Shown here: one piece after another, positions 50,153 through 63,597 of the stretch
Position numbering within the stretch: the stretch's first letter is position 1
How the letters are laid out: every line of letters starts with the position of its first letter
Origin: Mustelus asterias
Lineage: Eukaryota
Direction of reading: 5' to 3'
Length of the DNA: 64,000 bases
NCBI RefSeq assembly: GCF_964213995.1
Contig: NC_135818.1
Location: 45,694,001-45,758,000, forward strand
The notes under the pieces: model-generated
Told to the model about the DNA's origin: nothing
What the model saw: only the letters and a program-made list of their open reading frames with translations
Databases searched by the model: none
Made by a program: the position numbers and the translations under genes

Positions 50153-52344
50153 CCAGTTCACTAAAAGTAATAACATAGGTTAATGAGTCCATTAAACAAA
50201 ACATAGCAAACATAAGATGCAGGTCTAGAGAGGAGAACTGAAAAGCGTGAGGTTTCCATCGCAGCTTTATTAGACCATACTTAAAAAGATTCCTGTGCGC
50301 AATTCTGATATCCATTAAACAAGAAAGATATAGGACTGGATCTCATATTCAGCGCCAAAGCAACAGCACTTGCCACTGACCTCAAAGAAAGCTGTTCACA
50401 AACATTTAGTAACTTGTGGCATGAAGTTTCTCCCTCTCTAAATTAATCTGGCATCAAATTAAAGGGACCTTCAGGCATCTGGATAAACAGCCAATCACAT
50501 TGAAGCATCCTCATGGCTAGCAAACCAGGAAGTAAAATAACTGATTACCTTTCATTTTTAAATTAAATTTTACAAAATGAAAACAAAAAAATTGATACAT
50601 ACACAGGAGATTATGGTTGAAGCTAAATTAGTTTTTATTTTAAATATATTGGAGGCATTTGATGTTCCACAGATGAGTTTTTTGTGGTCGGAAGAGTTGT
50701 TCAGCAGTGACGACAAACTTAGTACTTTAAAACACACATTTACACATTATTCAACAGGATATAGATTTGCCCAAGGATTTTTAAGAAGAGACAAATTGTG
50801 TAAACAGGGCAAAATTGATTTCTAACGGATTGCGGTCTGGGTCACTTCAAAAACACATCCTGTGGAGAAGCAGAGAATCACGGAGCAACTTCTGGATTCT
50901 GCATCGAACTGTCTGGATTCCAGAAGTTGCTGCCCGTTTCAGAGGAGAAAATGAGGGTGAATGCTGACGGTTTCATTGTCAGTCCTGTTGCAGAATGAAA
51001 ACTTTCGAAGCACCGGAGAAAGCACAAAAAAAAGGCTTACAAGATTGATGTCAGATCTGAAAGAGTAAGTGAAAGGAAAGACTGGAGAGAAAACCAAGAA
51101 GTGGTCCAATCGACTTTTTGTTGTATAGTTGTGTAGAAGTAGGAAAAATAATTTCCACTGGGTGGGGCGGGGGAGGAGCGACCAAAACAAGGGGCTATAA
51201 ATTATAAATGTCTGTCTGAAAAGTTAGTCAGCAATCAATCCAAGAAAGTAAAAGTTGCCACCACAGGAATTTTTGAGGCGGACAGCATAATTCATTTGAG
51301 TGGGAAGATAACTCGGAATAGAAGGTTATATCAACAGGGTTGGATGAAAAGGGTGGGGTAAAAGCCACATGGAACATAAATTCCAGGATAGATTAGCTGG
51401 CCAAATGACCTGCAGCCCCTCCCAATAGAGGCAATGAGGGAAACTCCAGTCACTCCACAAGACCCTACTACGACAGTAATTTCCTCACACTGCTCTGTCT
51501 GCAGCTATGAAAGTAACTTCATTCAATTTTAATAGCACTAGGCATACGCTTAGGCAGTATAGCGGATAATATCCTTAATATCAGGGTTAAGTCAAGGCCT
51601 AGGCATGCTTTTCTGAAGAGCTGTGAATTCAGAGTGTTTTCAAAGCAAAGTAACCGAATGCAGGGCAAGTTTTTAAAATGGGGGTTTTGCCTTTCTGAAG
51701 ACATGGGGAACAATAGATACGGTGGTTTCAAGCTGCCATAGTTAACCCCCCTCACCTTCCCTAAAAGGCAATGCTTCCAGCTCTCTGAGTGTAGAGATAG
51801 CAGATGATTACAACACAAATGAGCAAAATGTGACAATGCAAGATTTGCAAAATTACCTTGATGCACACAGCCTTTGGAATTTAGCCCTCCCTGGCTTCAA
51901 GAAAACCAATTATGGAAACTAACTGGTAATGGCTGGCTGGGTTTGCGCCTCTCCTGCTCACCCCCCACTACCCCCCTCCTTACCCCCCCCCCCCCCCCAC
52001 CCCCCGCCCCCACTCTCATTTGATGTGACTCCTAAAACATTCATAGATAGCAGCAGATAAATATTACAGTGAAGTACATGCCTTTGTTGGTGATCATTAA
52101 AAGGACCAATGGATCTTAAAGAAACACTTTTGCTGTCTTGTCAGGTCAGGTCATGCAGTTTGCTCTAACTAATATGTCCTGTAGACACTTGTAGCATTTT
52201 AGTCATGGAGAGAGCTTTGAATTTGACTGCTGACCAGGTGGCCACCACTGCTTTGGAAACAGAAATACATCCAGGTTACAACACACAAATCAGCTATTCA
52301 CGCTGGCATTTACTAGAATTGTTATTTTTTCCAACCCTGTTCCT

Positions 52345-52414
52345 TCCCCACCACCATCCCCTCCACCCCCCCACTGCACCCCCCGCCTCCCCCCCCCCCC
52401 CCACCACCCGCCTC

Positions 52415-52445
<31 letters not shown>

Positions 52446-52452
52446 ACACTCA
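52345..52452. repeat. Poly-C tracts plus (CA)n microsatellite
   Basis: Seen directly; similar C/G homopolymer tracts at 18836-18865, 42087-42113 and 51960-52010. Confidence 0.85.
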
Positions 52453-54771
52453 CAATGAGTTTGTAGATATGGTTCTTTATTTTACAAATTCTCCATTAGT
52501 CTCCTCTTACTCAGAAACATCAAACATCAATCACCATCATCCCCCCCAGACTTTGAGAATTATCACGAGTCTACAGGATAACAAGTATAGCCAGGATTTC
52601 CAGAGCTCAAGTTACTTTTAACCTGGGCATTTTTACTCCATCCCTCTATTAGACTTTTAAGTTCAAATCTATTTTCAATACGCACTTGGCTACTTCTGCC
52701 ACCATGTCTCAATGAACGAGAATCAACTCAAATCAAGTACACTGCTGAAGTAAGAACCATCTGCTGTCCATTTATTACAAATCTCCTCCCTAAACCATGT
52801 TAATTCATAAAATTCAAATGGACTTAAGGATACCATGGAAACCCATGTTGTATCTGTATTAAATCCAGGGCAGGAAGTTCAGAGTTTGGAAGCTTTTCTT
52901 TTGATGACCAAATGATAGGTACATTTCAAACAAATTTAATCTGTCAATAAATGATAAACAGTGTCTGTAAGGTTGCTGGATTGCATATAAATGACAACCA
53001 AGGACTAACGACTTAAAATGTTTCACTTTGCGTTCTTCAGCAACCCTTAGAGTGTGGTTATGCAAGGGAGAACTCCCAGGCTCCTGACATGTCACATCAT
53101 GTGTACAGGTCATCTCAACATGCACATGAACACCCAGACTACAGCTTCCCCATTTTCGTTGGGATGTCCCGTATCTGCACGCACGTGACAATGTTAGATG
53201 GTGGTAACAGGACATAATGCCCACAGCACAGACTTGGACCACCAAACCTGGTGCAAAACCAACACAACACTTCCAGCCCTTTTTCTTTTATAAAACACAG
53301 CCCATATGTACACCAAGTCAGTACATAGTCCTTGAGCTTGGAGCTTGTTCTGCTCCGCCATCCCAAGTGTGTAATTGTAACAGTTGGTTCTGCTGGGGAT
53401 GCACCCAGATTGTTGTCCACTGGGCAGGTGGCATCGGGTGTGCCTAGGCTGTGTACAATGGCTGCAGAGTTTGTTGTGTTGGTGTCTGGAGGGGCGTCCT
53501 TCACCACTGCTGCAGGCGGTGCAGATTGTGAACTCGACATGTTAAGCCCTGTAGTAGGGTGATGGTGCTGGTTCGGGACCTGTAACAAATGCGCCAGTTC
53601 TTGACATAGAAACCACCATCTCAGGCAAGCACATAATGGTTTGGTTAGGGGACATGGCTCTGGACCACTGGCATTTTGTTACAGTTGCATATGGTTTGCA
53701 CTCTGACTGGCCCTATTCTAAAGTGCAGAGTCTGCGGGCGTTGCAATCATTATATCTTTTCCCTCTTCGTCACTGTTTCATGAGGGCTCCACCCACATTT
53801 GTTCCCACTTTGGGTTACAGAAGTGCCTTGGCGACAGGGATCATGGTTCTGGTATGTCTGGAAAACATTCTATCTGCTGACAGGGGCAGGGCCTGTCTAG
53901 AAATCAGTGTAGACATCAGTGTTGACACAGACATTTTTCAAGGAAGTGCTTTACTGAGTATATTGCCTGCTCTGCCAAACCATAACTGTGGTTAGAGGGG
54001 GCTGCATGTAATGTGTTCAAAGTCTCAAATGTGTGCAAAGTCCTGGAACCCCCTGGAGGCAAACTGCCAGGTGTTGTCTGTCAGCATCCTCTGGGGAATG
54101 CCATGTGTAGCGAAGTGTCTCTTCAGCTTTCCACTCACTGTGATGTTCTTCATGTCGAGCAGATGGTCGACTTCATACCAGCCTGAGCATGAAATCGACA
54201 AGAGCCAGATGTTGTTTCCCATTCCATTTGAATGGATCTGCCACTGAGCAACCATGGAAGGTCTGGGACCCCCTGGAGGTGCAGTGGTTCATTGGTTTGA
54301 TGAGGCTTGATCATGTTGCATGGCACACATCTGGACACTTTCATCTCTATGTCTGCATATGTTGAAGGCTGGTACATGGTTTTTTTTGCCCTACACTTTG
54401 TTGCTTCCATCCCTGGGTGTCCTTGGTGGAGTTGCTAGGTGCAGAACCTCTGCAGAGAAGTAGGGATGACAAACCACTGGCCGCACAGTATCAGTCCGTC
54501 TCGCACGGTTAACTCCTCTCGCACGGTGCAAAGGTCATGGGGAAGCTCCTTTGACATCACGGGCCATCCTGACATAATGATTCCTGGAGCTGCCTGCATG
54601 CGTGAACTGAGTTCCTCAATTCTGCAGGATGACAATACTTGAATCACAACAATATCAATGTCCTCATTCTTGATCGGTGGTGGGTAGGTAAGCCTGAAGA
54701 GGGCAACTGCAAGGTACATCTCTTTAGTGCACTTGTAAATGACAGAGAGGTTGTAGTGTTGTAGCTTTTTT

Positions 54772-55095
54772 AATTCATTCATGGAATATGAGCATTGCTG
54801 GCTGGGCTAGCATTTGTTGCTCAATCTGAATTGTCCTTGGACTGTTTGGCCATTTAAGAGTCAACCACATTGCTGGTGATCTGGAGTCACACATTGGCCA
54901 GACCAGGTAAGGACGGCAGATTTCCTTCCCTCAAAGACATTAGTGAACCAGATGGGATCTCACGATAATAGTTTCATGGTCGTCATTAGACTTTTTAATT
55001 ACAAATGTTTATTGAATTTAAATTTCACCCGGAGCATTAAACTGGGTTTCTGGATTACGAGCCCAGTGAGAATACCACTGCGTCACCGCCTCCCA
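54772..55095 (-). mobile_element. tRNA-derived SINE, second family (inside the Gypsy element)
   Basis: Reverse complement of the 23906 copy. Confidence 0.75.
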
Positions 55096-56072
55096 CTTGA
55101 GCATCATCTGCTGCAGGCACGGGGATGCCGTGTGAAGAGGGTTTTTTTCAGGCAGGCCAGAGATGAAAGCAATAAGTTTCTGACATGCAAAGGGGTTGCT
55201 GCTCAATCTGTGCAGAATGAGTGCTCAGTGCCATTGATGGTCTTTGATGCGAAGGTGACTGGTCTGAAATTTTGGATACAGATTGCACCAAGTCCGTGCT
55301 AGGAGGCATCTGCTGATAGGAGTATTTGTAGCACTGGAGGAGCTGAAAGCAGGTGTTTGATCTTGTTGAACACAGCAGTGTGGTGGTCCTGGCAACACCA
55401 TTCTACATCCGAGTGGGAGAACTGACAGAGGGCCCAGTCACCTCTCAGTAGCAGTGAATGAACTTTGACAAAGTTGTCTTACCAAGGAAGCGCTGCAGGG
55501 CATGCTTGCCCACAGAAACCCACTGTGTGGCCTCAAATATTTGCTGTATTTGTTGTCTTGTCTGGACCTGGTTTCATACCATCAGCTGTGACTAAGTGAC
55601 TTTCATAGGGAGCCTGGGTGACTCTGAATCTGCATGTAGAAGGTTGAGCATCAATCGTATAGTCCTGATTCTGTTGAGGACCAAACGCAAACATGCATCA
55701 TGTTCTTTCATTGTACGCCCCAGACCAGGATATCATCAACGATGACTCCACAGGCTGTCATGCAAAGAGTTGTACCATAGACCATTGGAAGACCTCGCTG
55801 CCAGTGGAAATCCCAGAGGGTATAAGGAGGAAGTGGTATCTATCCATTGAAGACATGAGCGTGGTGAGCTCCGAAGATTCTTCATCCAGTTGAATTTGCC
55901 AAAATCTGCACTTCACATCCAGGATGTTTAAGATCTTAGCATTAGGCATGTCAGCTATGACCTGTTCAACTGCCTTCGTAAGGTGATGGGTTCTCAAAAG
56001 TACCTCGTTTAGGTGAACCAAGTCGATGCAGACTCAGACTGTGCAGTCTTTTTTTTAACCACAGCTTCCATC

Positions 56073-56353
56073 TCAGTGGCACAGTGGTTAGCACTGCTGC
56101 CTCACAGTGCCAGGGACCCGGGTTCGATTCCCGGCTTGGGTCACTGTCTGTGCGGAGTCTGCCTGTGTCTGCATGTGTTTCCTATGGGTGCTCCGGTTTC
56201 CCCCAACAGTCCAAAAGACGTGCTGGTTAGATGCATTGGCCATGCTAAATTCTCCCTCAGTGTACCCGAACAGGCGCCGGAGTGTGGCAATTAGGGGATT
56301 TTCACAGTAACTTTACTATGGTGTTAATATAAGCCTACTTGTGACACTAATAA
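56073..56353 (+). mobile_element. V-SINE with alternative 3' tail (inside the Gypsy element)
   Basis: Same tail as the 10421 and 62940 copies. Confidence 0.8.
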
Positions 56354-56787
56354 TTTTTTTTAAATTACAGAAACCCACTGTTGGCCTCACATATAGGGCT
56401 ATGACCCCCAGTCTTGTAATTCAATTCAGTTCATTGACTACCTTCTGTTTCATAGCGAGGGTTACTCTTCTTGGAGCATGGACAGTGCACGTTACTGAAT
56501 CATCCAGCCTCATGTGATATATGATGGGCAGCTTTCCAATAATATCACAGTCGAACAGGTCTTTGCATTCTAACATCTTGGTGGCTTGGTGCTCCAGAGT
56601 GTGTATATCCAGTCTAAGCTGGATTAGACCCAGTGCAATGCCATCCTGTGGATCCAACAGCAGTTTTACATCTTGGTCGCCTATGTGGAATTGGAACTTG
56701 CCCTGCGTGCTGTGCTGGGTGATTACGCCTTCCATGCGTATGTTTTGTCTACCATATGTAACAATATTTACCCTGGTGGTGGAATCT

Positions 56788-57003
56788 GGTGGTGAAATCA
56801 TTCGCATTCTAATCAGTATTCTGTAACTTGATTTTGTGTCTCTGTATGCCCTGTTTGAGAGCAGATATCCACTCCATCTGACGAAGGAGCAGCGCTCCGA
56901 AAGCTAATGGCATTTGCTACCAAATAAACCTGTTGGACTTTAACCTGGTGTTGTTAAAACTCTTACTGTGTTTACCCCAGTCCAGTGCCGGCATCTCCAC
57001 ATC
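56788..57003 (+). mobile_element. Short Penelope-type non-autonomous element containing a hammerhead ribozyme
   Basis: 10-bp TSD GGTGGAATCT at 56778-56787 and 57004-57013. The 3' end recurs inverted at 44806-44863. Confidence 0.75.
56874..56910 (+). ncRNA. Type I minimal hammerhead ribozyme
   Basis: CCAT-CTGACGA-A-GGAGC-agc-GCTCC-GAAA-GC-TA-ATGG: complete core, 5-bp stem II, 4-bp stem I and a palindromic minimal stem III. Confidence 0.75.
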
Positions 57004-58115
57004 GGTGGAATCTAGTGCAGCAGAGGGCTCGATTTTCTGCAGAAGCAGTTTTGACAAAACATTACAGTTTGCTCTGGTGTTGATTATGATTTTCTATTTT
57101 GCGTTGCTGTGTTAACTGTTTAACATAGTAAATATTTCATCTTTCTGTAATAAAGTCAACACTTTCGCAGTAAAATGTTTTGAGAGGCTCAGTACTCGGG
57201 TTGTTTTAATTTACCTCCAGCTCATTTACTATTCGTGCTCTGAACCTTGGAGGGGTAACCAGCTGCAGCACGGGTGGTGGCAAGTTGCTGAGGCTCGGAC
57301 CTGCAACACTTGGCAAAGTGATTCCGTTTGCCACAGTTTTTGCAACATTTTATTAAATGTGAAACACATACTTTTTGTGGATGCTGGCTGCTGCAGTTCA
57401 AGCATGGTGTGTTGGAAAGCTTCTGTTTCTCTCCTTAGTTCCTTGGTGCTTCTCTCTCTGACACTCAGTTAGCATGCAGTTACTAATGGCGGATTGTAAC
57501 ATGATTTTTTTTTCCTCAGAGCAAGTGCTTGCACACAGCAGCACTGTGTATTCCACACACTAAACGGTCTCTTATCAAATCATTAGTGAGGGCACTGAAC
57601 ACACTTTTTCTCCAGAATTTTCGAAATTGAAGCTTTTGATTGTACCTATTTATCAAGTTCCTGGTTAGTGGTGTTAAAAACGTGTCTGTCCAAGATGACA
57701 TTTTTTTACTGGCATGCATAGCTGTTCGAATTTTCTTTTAAAACAGCACTCAGGGACCTTTTGATCTTCTTCCCCTTGGAAGGCAAAAAATTCCAATTTT
57801 TTGACCACCTCTGGACCTGCTAGGTTTAAGTGTGTCTTGTACCTTCCTCGATTTATTAGTGAGACCAGCACAACAGTAGACACACCATTCTTTTTCAAAC
57901 TCCTTCCAGTTGGTGGCAAATGCTTTCATCGAAGATGAGTGGGCCAATGTGACAAAGTCCTTGTGTCATCTCAGCCACCTCCTGACTCGGTGTAAAATTG
58001 CTGTGTTGTATGGAAATGACAACCAAGGACTGACGACTTAAAACAGTTCTTTAGCAGCTCTTATATGCCGAGTGTGTGGCCATGCCAGAGAGAATTCCTG
58101 TGTATAGGTCATCAC

Positions 58116-59260
58116 AGTGAGGAGAATGACATAGAGAGAGACAGCAGTGTAGGGAGGAATTCCAGAACTTGGGGTCCAGACAACTGAAGGCACAGCCACC
58201 AACTGTAGAGCAACCAAAATCAGGGATGCACAAGAAGCTAGAAACAGAGGAGCGCAGATAGCTTGGGAGGATTGTGAGCTGGAGAAGATTCCAGGGATTG
58301 CAAAGAGAGAAGTCATGCAGGGATTTGAAAACAAGGATAAGAATTTTAAAATCAAGATGCAAGTTGACTGGTAGGCAATGTAGATCAGTGAGCACAGGGG
58401 TGCCAGGGGAATGGGACTTGGTGCAAGTTAAGAGACAGGCAGAGTTCTGGATAATTTTACACAGGGTAGGACATGGGAGACCAGCCAGGAGTGCAGAAAT
58501 AACTAGATGAGACAAGTGAAGTCGGGCGATAATATAGAGGTGAGAATAAACAGTCTTAGTAGTGGCATGAATAGGAGGATGGAAGCTTATCCCCCAGGTC
58601 AAATGCGACTCCAAGATTGTGAACAGACTAGGTTAATCTCAGAATGTTGGCAGGAAGGGGGATGGGGTCTGTAATTATGGAACAGATCTTGGAGCGGAGA
58701 TCGGACATTTCTGCTGGCTCAGGACTCAATGTTGGATAGGCAGTTTGATAATTTAATATTGGAGAAGTGGGGGGAGCTGGTGGTGAGGTAGAGCTGGATA
58801 TCGACACCGTACACATGAAAAATAACTGTGATTTTGGTTGATGACATTGAGGTGCAGGCAGTTGATAAGAAATAGAAGGTAGCCTAGAAGAGATCCTAGA
58901 GGGACAGACACCAGAGATAACGGTGTGGGAGCAGGAAGATTAAGCCATTACATATGATTCTCTACCACAGTTTGATCATTGAGATTGGAGCTAGGTGAAA
59001 GCAGTCCGCATAGCTGGCTGACAGTGGAGGTGGTGTTGGAAGATAATGAGGTTAACCATCAGATTGTAGACAGTCGAGAAGGACGAGGAGAGGAAGTTTA
59101 GATTTGTCACAGGCACATTGGATGTCATACGGGACTTTGATAAGAGCTGTTTCAGAATTGTGATGAGTGGGAACCTGATTTTAGGGATTCAGTCAGAGTT
59201 CTGGGAAAGAAATGAATGCATTTGGGAAGCAACAGCATGGACATAGGAGAGGAATAGAAG
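58116..59260 (-). mobile_element. L2 LINE fragment
   Basis: LLAGLP..TL.KIIQNSA.LLT.TK.H..TPVLTDLH.LPV....DFKILILVFKSLH...GGCAFS..PKFWNS, typical of the L2 ORF2 C-terminus. Confidence 0.8.
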
Positions 59261-60029
59261 TTAATACATTGAATGCCAATTTGTAAGGGCAAAGTTTTCT
59301 CTTTTCAACACATTTCCAGTAAAACACACAAAATCCAGATAAGATATTGCATGATATGGTATATCAGTACCATAATGCAGAATCAACTAACAGATTAATA
59401 AATACTGACACTTCTGTCTGTGTTGCCTGTTCATTTTTCTTAGAAGAGCCAAGAGGCAGTAATGTCAAAAATGTTAAATTTCTTCTGTATATCACTGTAT
59501 TTGCTTCCTTTACTTCTGTCAAAGGAGCAAGCAATTGATTTATTCAGAAATTTTATTTCTCAGATTAAGCAATTCTGTTGAGACATTTGGAATTTATTGG
59601 ACATAAACCTGATTATCTCTGACACGAGGACTCCGGTTTAAAAACGTGTGCACTGATTTTTTGTGTTCGAGTGACAGTACCACTAGTCTCAGAACATTCT
59701 TTCTGCAGATTATAGTCGCAAAATGATTCTTGTTACAGTTGGTCATGAATACACGGAATAGGAGATTGCATGGGACAGTGTTGTGTGGTCAAGAACAGTT
59801 CCATTTCCTTTCCCTAGTAAGTAAATCCTAAATAAGAAAATAAGAACTGTGAGCATTTACAATCAGCACAGTTCATCACTTTCATGCCCTTTCAGCAGTT
59901 GAATTTCATTGATTACTAAATTGATGTGAGGTAAAAAGGAAAACAACATGGAGATTGTGAGTAGATTTCTCGATTAAAATGGAGGGTGGGGGTAAGGCTG
60001 AGGAGACTCTGATGTGCCAGATCAGTCTT

Positions 60030-60950
60030 TGACCAACAGGGAAAACTATATTTGAGGACTAGGGTCTCAAACTTGGAGCTGTCAAGGTTTATGGGACAGC
60101 AGTGGTTTCAATACTCTAATATGCTTCGGAGCCAATGACAACCGACAATGAGTACCTCAACACTGGAGTAGTACCTTCAGCGGTGCCATCGTAATATCCT
60201 CTAAACCTGGCGGTAATTAAGGTGGCTAACAGCAGCATCCTCTCCCAAACCAACATGCCCAGATCAAGGTGCTAATCACTCAAATCCAGCTCCACTGAGC
60301 TGGACATATCATTCGTACTCCTGACAACAAACTTCCAAAGCAATTGTTTTACTCAGAACTCAGTGCCTGAGGCAGGCGGCTTCCAGGACAACAGAAACAC
60401 TTTAGGGATGCCCTAAAAGCATCCCTGAAGAGATCAAACATCCCTGTGACTTGTGGAAGTCCTCGTCTTCTGACTGACCAAAATGGAGGTGGTTTATTTG
60501 GGAAGGCACTGAACACATTAAGGCATTTGTCAGGAGCACATAGATGACAAAGAAATCCAATGCTTGGATCAGATGGATTAGGCAGTGTTTAATGAGGCAG
60601 GTGGGATGCTAGGATTTTGGAATGCTCCTTCCACTTGGTCTCCACCTCAGCCTATCAGAGATAATCTAAAATGGTTAGCACCTTTGTGGATGCTTTTTCT
60701 CTAGTGGGGTATCTCAAGCAAGATATTCCAGATATCTGTGGGGATGTTGCATTTTTTCAGTGAGGCTGTGAGGATGTCCCTGAAATGTTTCTTCTGCCTT
60801 CCTGGTAACCGCTTACCGTAATGAAGCTCTGAGTAGAAAACTTGTTTTGGGACTCTTGTGTCAGGTATGCAAATGAAGTGGCCTATTCAACGTAGCTGAT
60901 TTGCCATAAACAATGCCTTGATACTGGAGATGGTGGACTGAGAGAGGACA
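60030..60950. mobile_element. RTE-clade LINE fragments (plus, then minus orientation)
   Basis: Degenerate KVYGTAVVSIL.YASE and IRTPDNKLPKQLFYSEL motifs on plus; a related QVFYSEL motif on minus at ~60640-60950. Confidence 0.55.
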
Positions 60951-62939
60951 CTTATTGTTTTATTCATTCAAGAGATGGGAGTGTCGCTGGCTAGGCCAGC
61001 ATTTGTTGCCCTCGAGGTGGCGGGGAACTGCCTTCCTGAACTGTTGCAGTCCATGTAGTGGAAGTACACTCATGGTGCTGTTAGGGAGTTCCAGGATTTT
61101 GACCCAGCGACAGTGAAGGAGCAGTGATACATTTCCAAGGCAGGATGTTGGGTGGTTAGGAGAGGAACGTCTAGGTGGTGGTGTTCCCATATGGCTATTA
61201 CACTTGTCCTTCTGAATGGTAGTCATAGGTTTGAAAGGTGCTGTCTAAGGAATCTTGCCGAGTTCCTGCACTGCTTCTTGTACTACAGTAGTAGAGGGAG
61301 TGAATACTTGTGGTTGGGATGCCAATCAAATGTGCTGGATGTTGTTGTGCTGCTCGAGTGTTGTGCTGCACTCAATGTTTGATCACACTCCTGACTTGTG
61401 CCTTGTAGATGGTGGAAAGACTTCGGGGGGGGGAGGAGGAGGAGTTATTTGGCACATGATTCCTAGCCTCTGACCTGCTCCAGTCGCCACTGTATTCATA
61501 TGGCAGATCTAACCAAGCTTCTGGTCAATGGCAACCCCCAGTGATGGTAATGCCATTAAATGTCAAGAAATGTTGATAATTAACTACTATTGCATGACCA
61601 AATGTGGTAGCTTAAAGATCACAATTTAGATTTAGCAGTCACCCCAAAACTGAATGGACGCAAGTCATCTTGAATCCAGAAGAACTGCCCAAAAGGTTAA
61701 AAGCAGGAGCTGAACAATTAAATGAAATTCTTAAGCAAACTAAATGTAGTCCTCTTCCAACACCTAGTGGTGTGCAAAAGCAGATTTTCATCTGTTTCCG
61801 TAATGGGGTTTTTCCTGGAATAAGCCACTAGCCTGTCAGCAAGGGCTTGTAACTTGAGGACTGCCACTCTTATCAAGCATGTCTTCTCTGCTGCCACTAT
61901 GTTGGTCATGTAGTAGTTCAGTAGATTCTGGGTCTAAAGCAACAGGATGACAAGTTAATGGCTGTATGGAAATGCTTATGTAGAAAACAGGAAATTAAGG
62001 TCACATCACAGCAAAGTGTCATCCAAGAAGGGGCACACATCAGTAAATCTTACATTTGGGATATAATCTCTGTGCAGTGCACAAACAAGTGAAAAATTAA
62101 GGAACCTCAAGTGTACTTTGTCAATTCTCTGCCTACACAGAAAGTATTTCAGATTGCAGTTGTTTGCAGCAACATTTTACTAGTTTTAACGCAAACCAAA
62201 AGAGGTACCCCCCTTGTTTGAAATACAGATTCAAAACTGAATGTGTCATCTTTGTATTTGCTGCCAAAATATAATGGCCAAATAATTTTACAGGTTTATT
62301 TCCAAAAAGGAGTGGCAGTTTCTTGTTCATCAGAGTTACACTTGACCATTTCCAAGATTGAGCTATGTTCAACTAAAATTTGAGCTGCAGTCATTGTTTT
62401 TAAATACTGCAAAACATATCTTTTCAATAGTCTATTCTGGCATGTCATGATACATGTGTTACAGCAAGTAGTCTAAATGATTTTGATACTACCTCTGAAC
62501 ATATCCTATGCACGAGCAATATAATTTTTCTTGAACCACTTGTTTAACAACTTTGTTGGCTGACCTATCAGGAGTGAGGTGAGCAGTTCATTTCACATTA
62601 GACCCCCATAAAAAGAAATGTATTCCACGAGTCTGGGATACATTTAAATTTGGATTCCAGACATTAAAAGTGAGAAAATACTTACTGTTCTTCTGTTCTA
62701 ATAGCTGCACAATTTTTGCTCAGATACTAGCCAGTACCTAGGGTATCAATTACTATTTGATCCAACTCAAGTCTAGGAGATCTTACTGACCAGATACATT
62801 AACTGATCACAGTTATCTTTTACAAGATGCAATCTCTGTTTCAGCCAAGAATCATTCAAATCTAGCTCTTGGAGTGCAGAGAAATCGCATACATTGCGAA
62901 AGCCAGCAACACAATCCAGAAGCTCACTACTCAAGAGAA

Positions 62940-63208
62940 AGCACTGCTGCCTTTCAGCGCCAGGGACCCGGGTTTGATTCCCAGCTTGGGTCACTGTCTG
63001 TGCAGAGTCTGCATGCTCTCCGTGTCTGAGTGGGTTGCCTCCCACAGTCTGAAGGATGTGCTGGTTAGGTGCATTGGTCATGCTAAATTCTCCCTCCGTG
63101 AACCCGAACAGGCGCCAGAGTGTGGTGACTAGGGAATTTTCACAGTAACTTCATTGCAGTGTTAATGTAAGCCTACTTGTGACAATAATAAAATAAACTT
63201 ATAAACTT
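62940..63208 (+). mobile_element. V-SINE with alternative 3' tail
   Basis: Same tail as the 10421 and 56073 copies. Confidence 0.8.
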
Positions 63209-63597
63209 CCTAACATTTAGTCCATCCTTATTTTTGTATAATTTAAATGCCATCCCTCGTCCTCTCCAAGTTTTCACACTATGCACCTAATCTAGCCCTT
63301 TCATTATTTTATCTATAAGGAGGTGCCTTTACGTTCTACATTGCTCTGAATAAATGGACTGATCCCTTAAAAGTCTGAATTAATTCAAGATGTAGGATTC
63401 CAACAAAAGTTTCCCCAAGGATAAAACTATGCAAGTAAATTGCAATGAACAATATTCCCAGCTTTGTAGCCTAAAGGTCTTTTACAATTTTTAAAATTTG
63501 ATTTTGAACCATTTTTATTTCATATTTCTAAAATTTCATGACTATTTTCAATCAGAACCAATAGCTATATTTGTTCGTGATTGAGTCTAAAGACAAT

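Larger units (their letters stand above)
52966..58115 (-). mobile_element. Decayed near full-length Gypsy LTR retrotransposon
   Basis: Gag (LIRDRLVCGI, CKNCGKRNHFAKCC), RT (LDVKCRFWQIQLDEESSELTT) and integrase (LKRHFATHGIPQRMLTDN) fragments. Homologous LTR segments at 52966-53270 and 57991-~58115 share AAATGACAACCAAGGACT(A/G)ACGACTTAAAA. Purine tract at 53271-53290. Confidence 0.85.
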
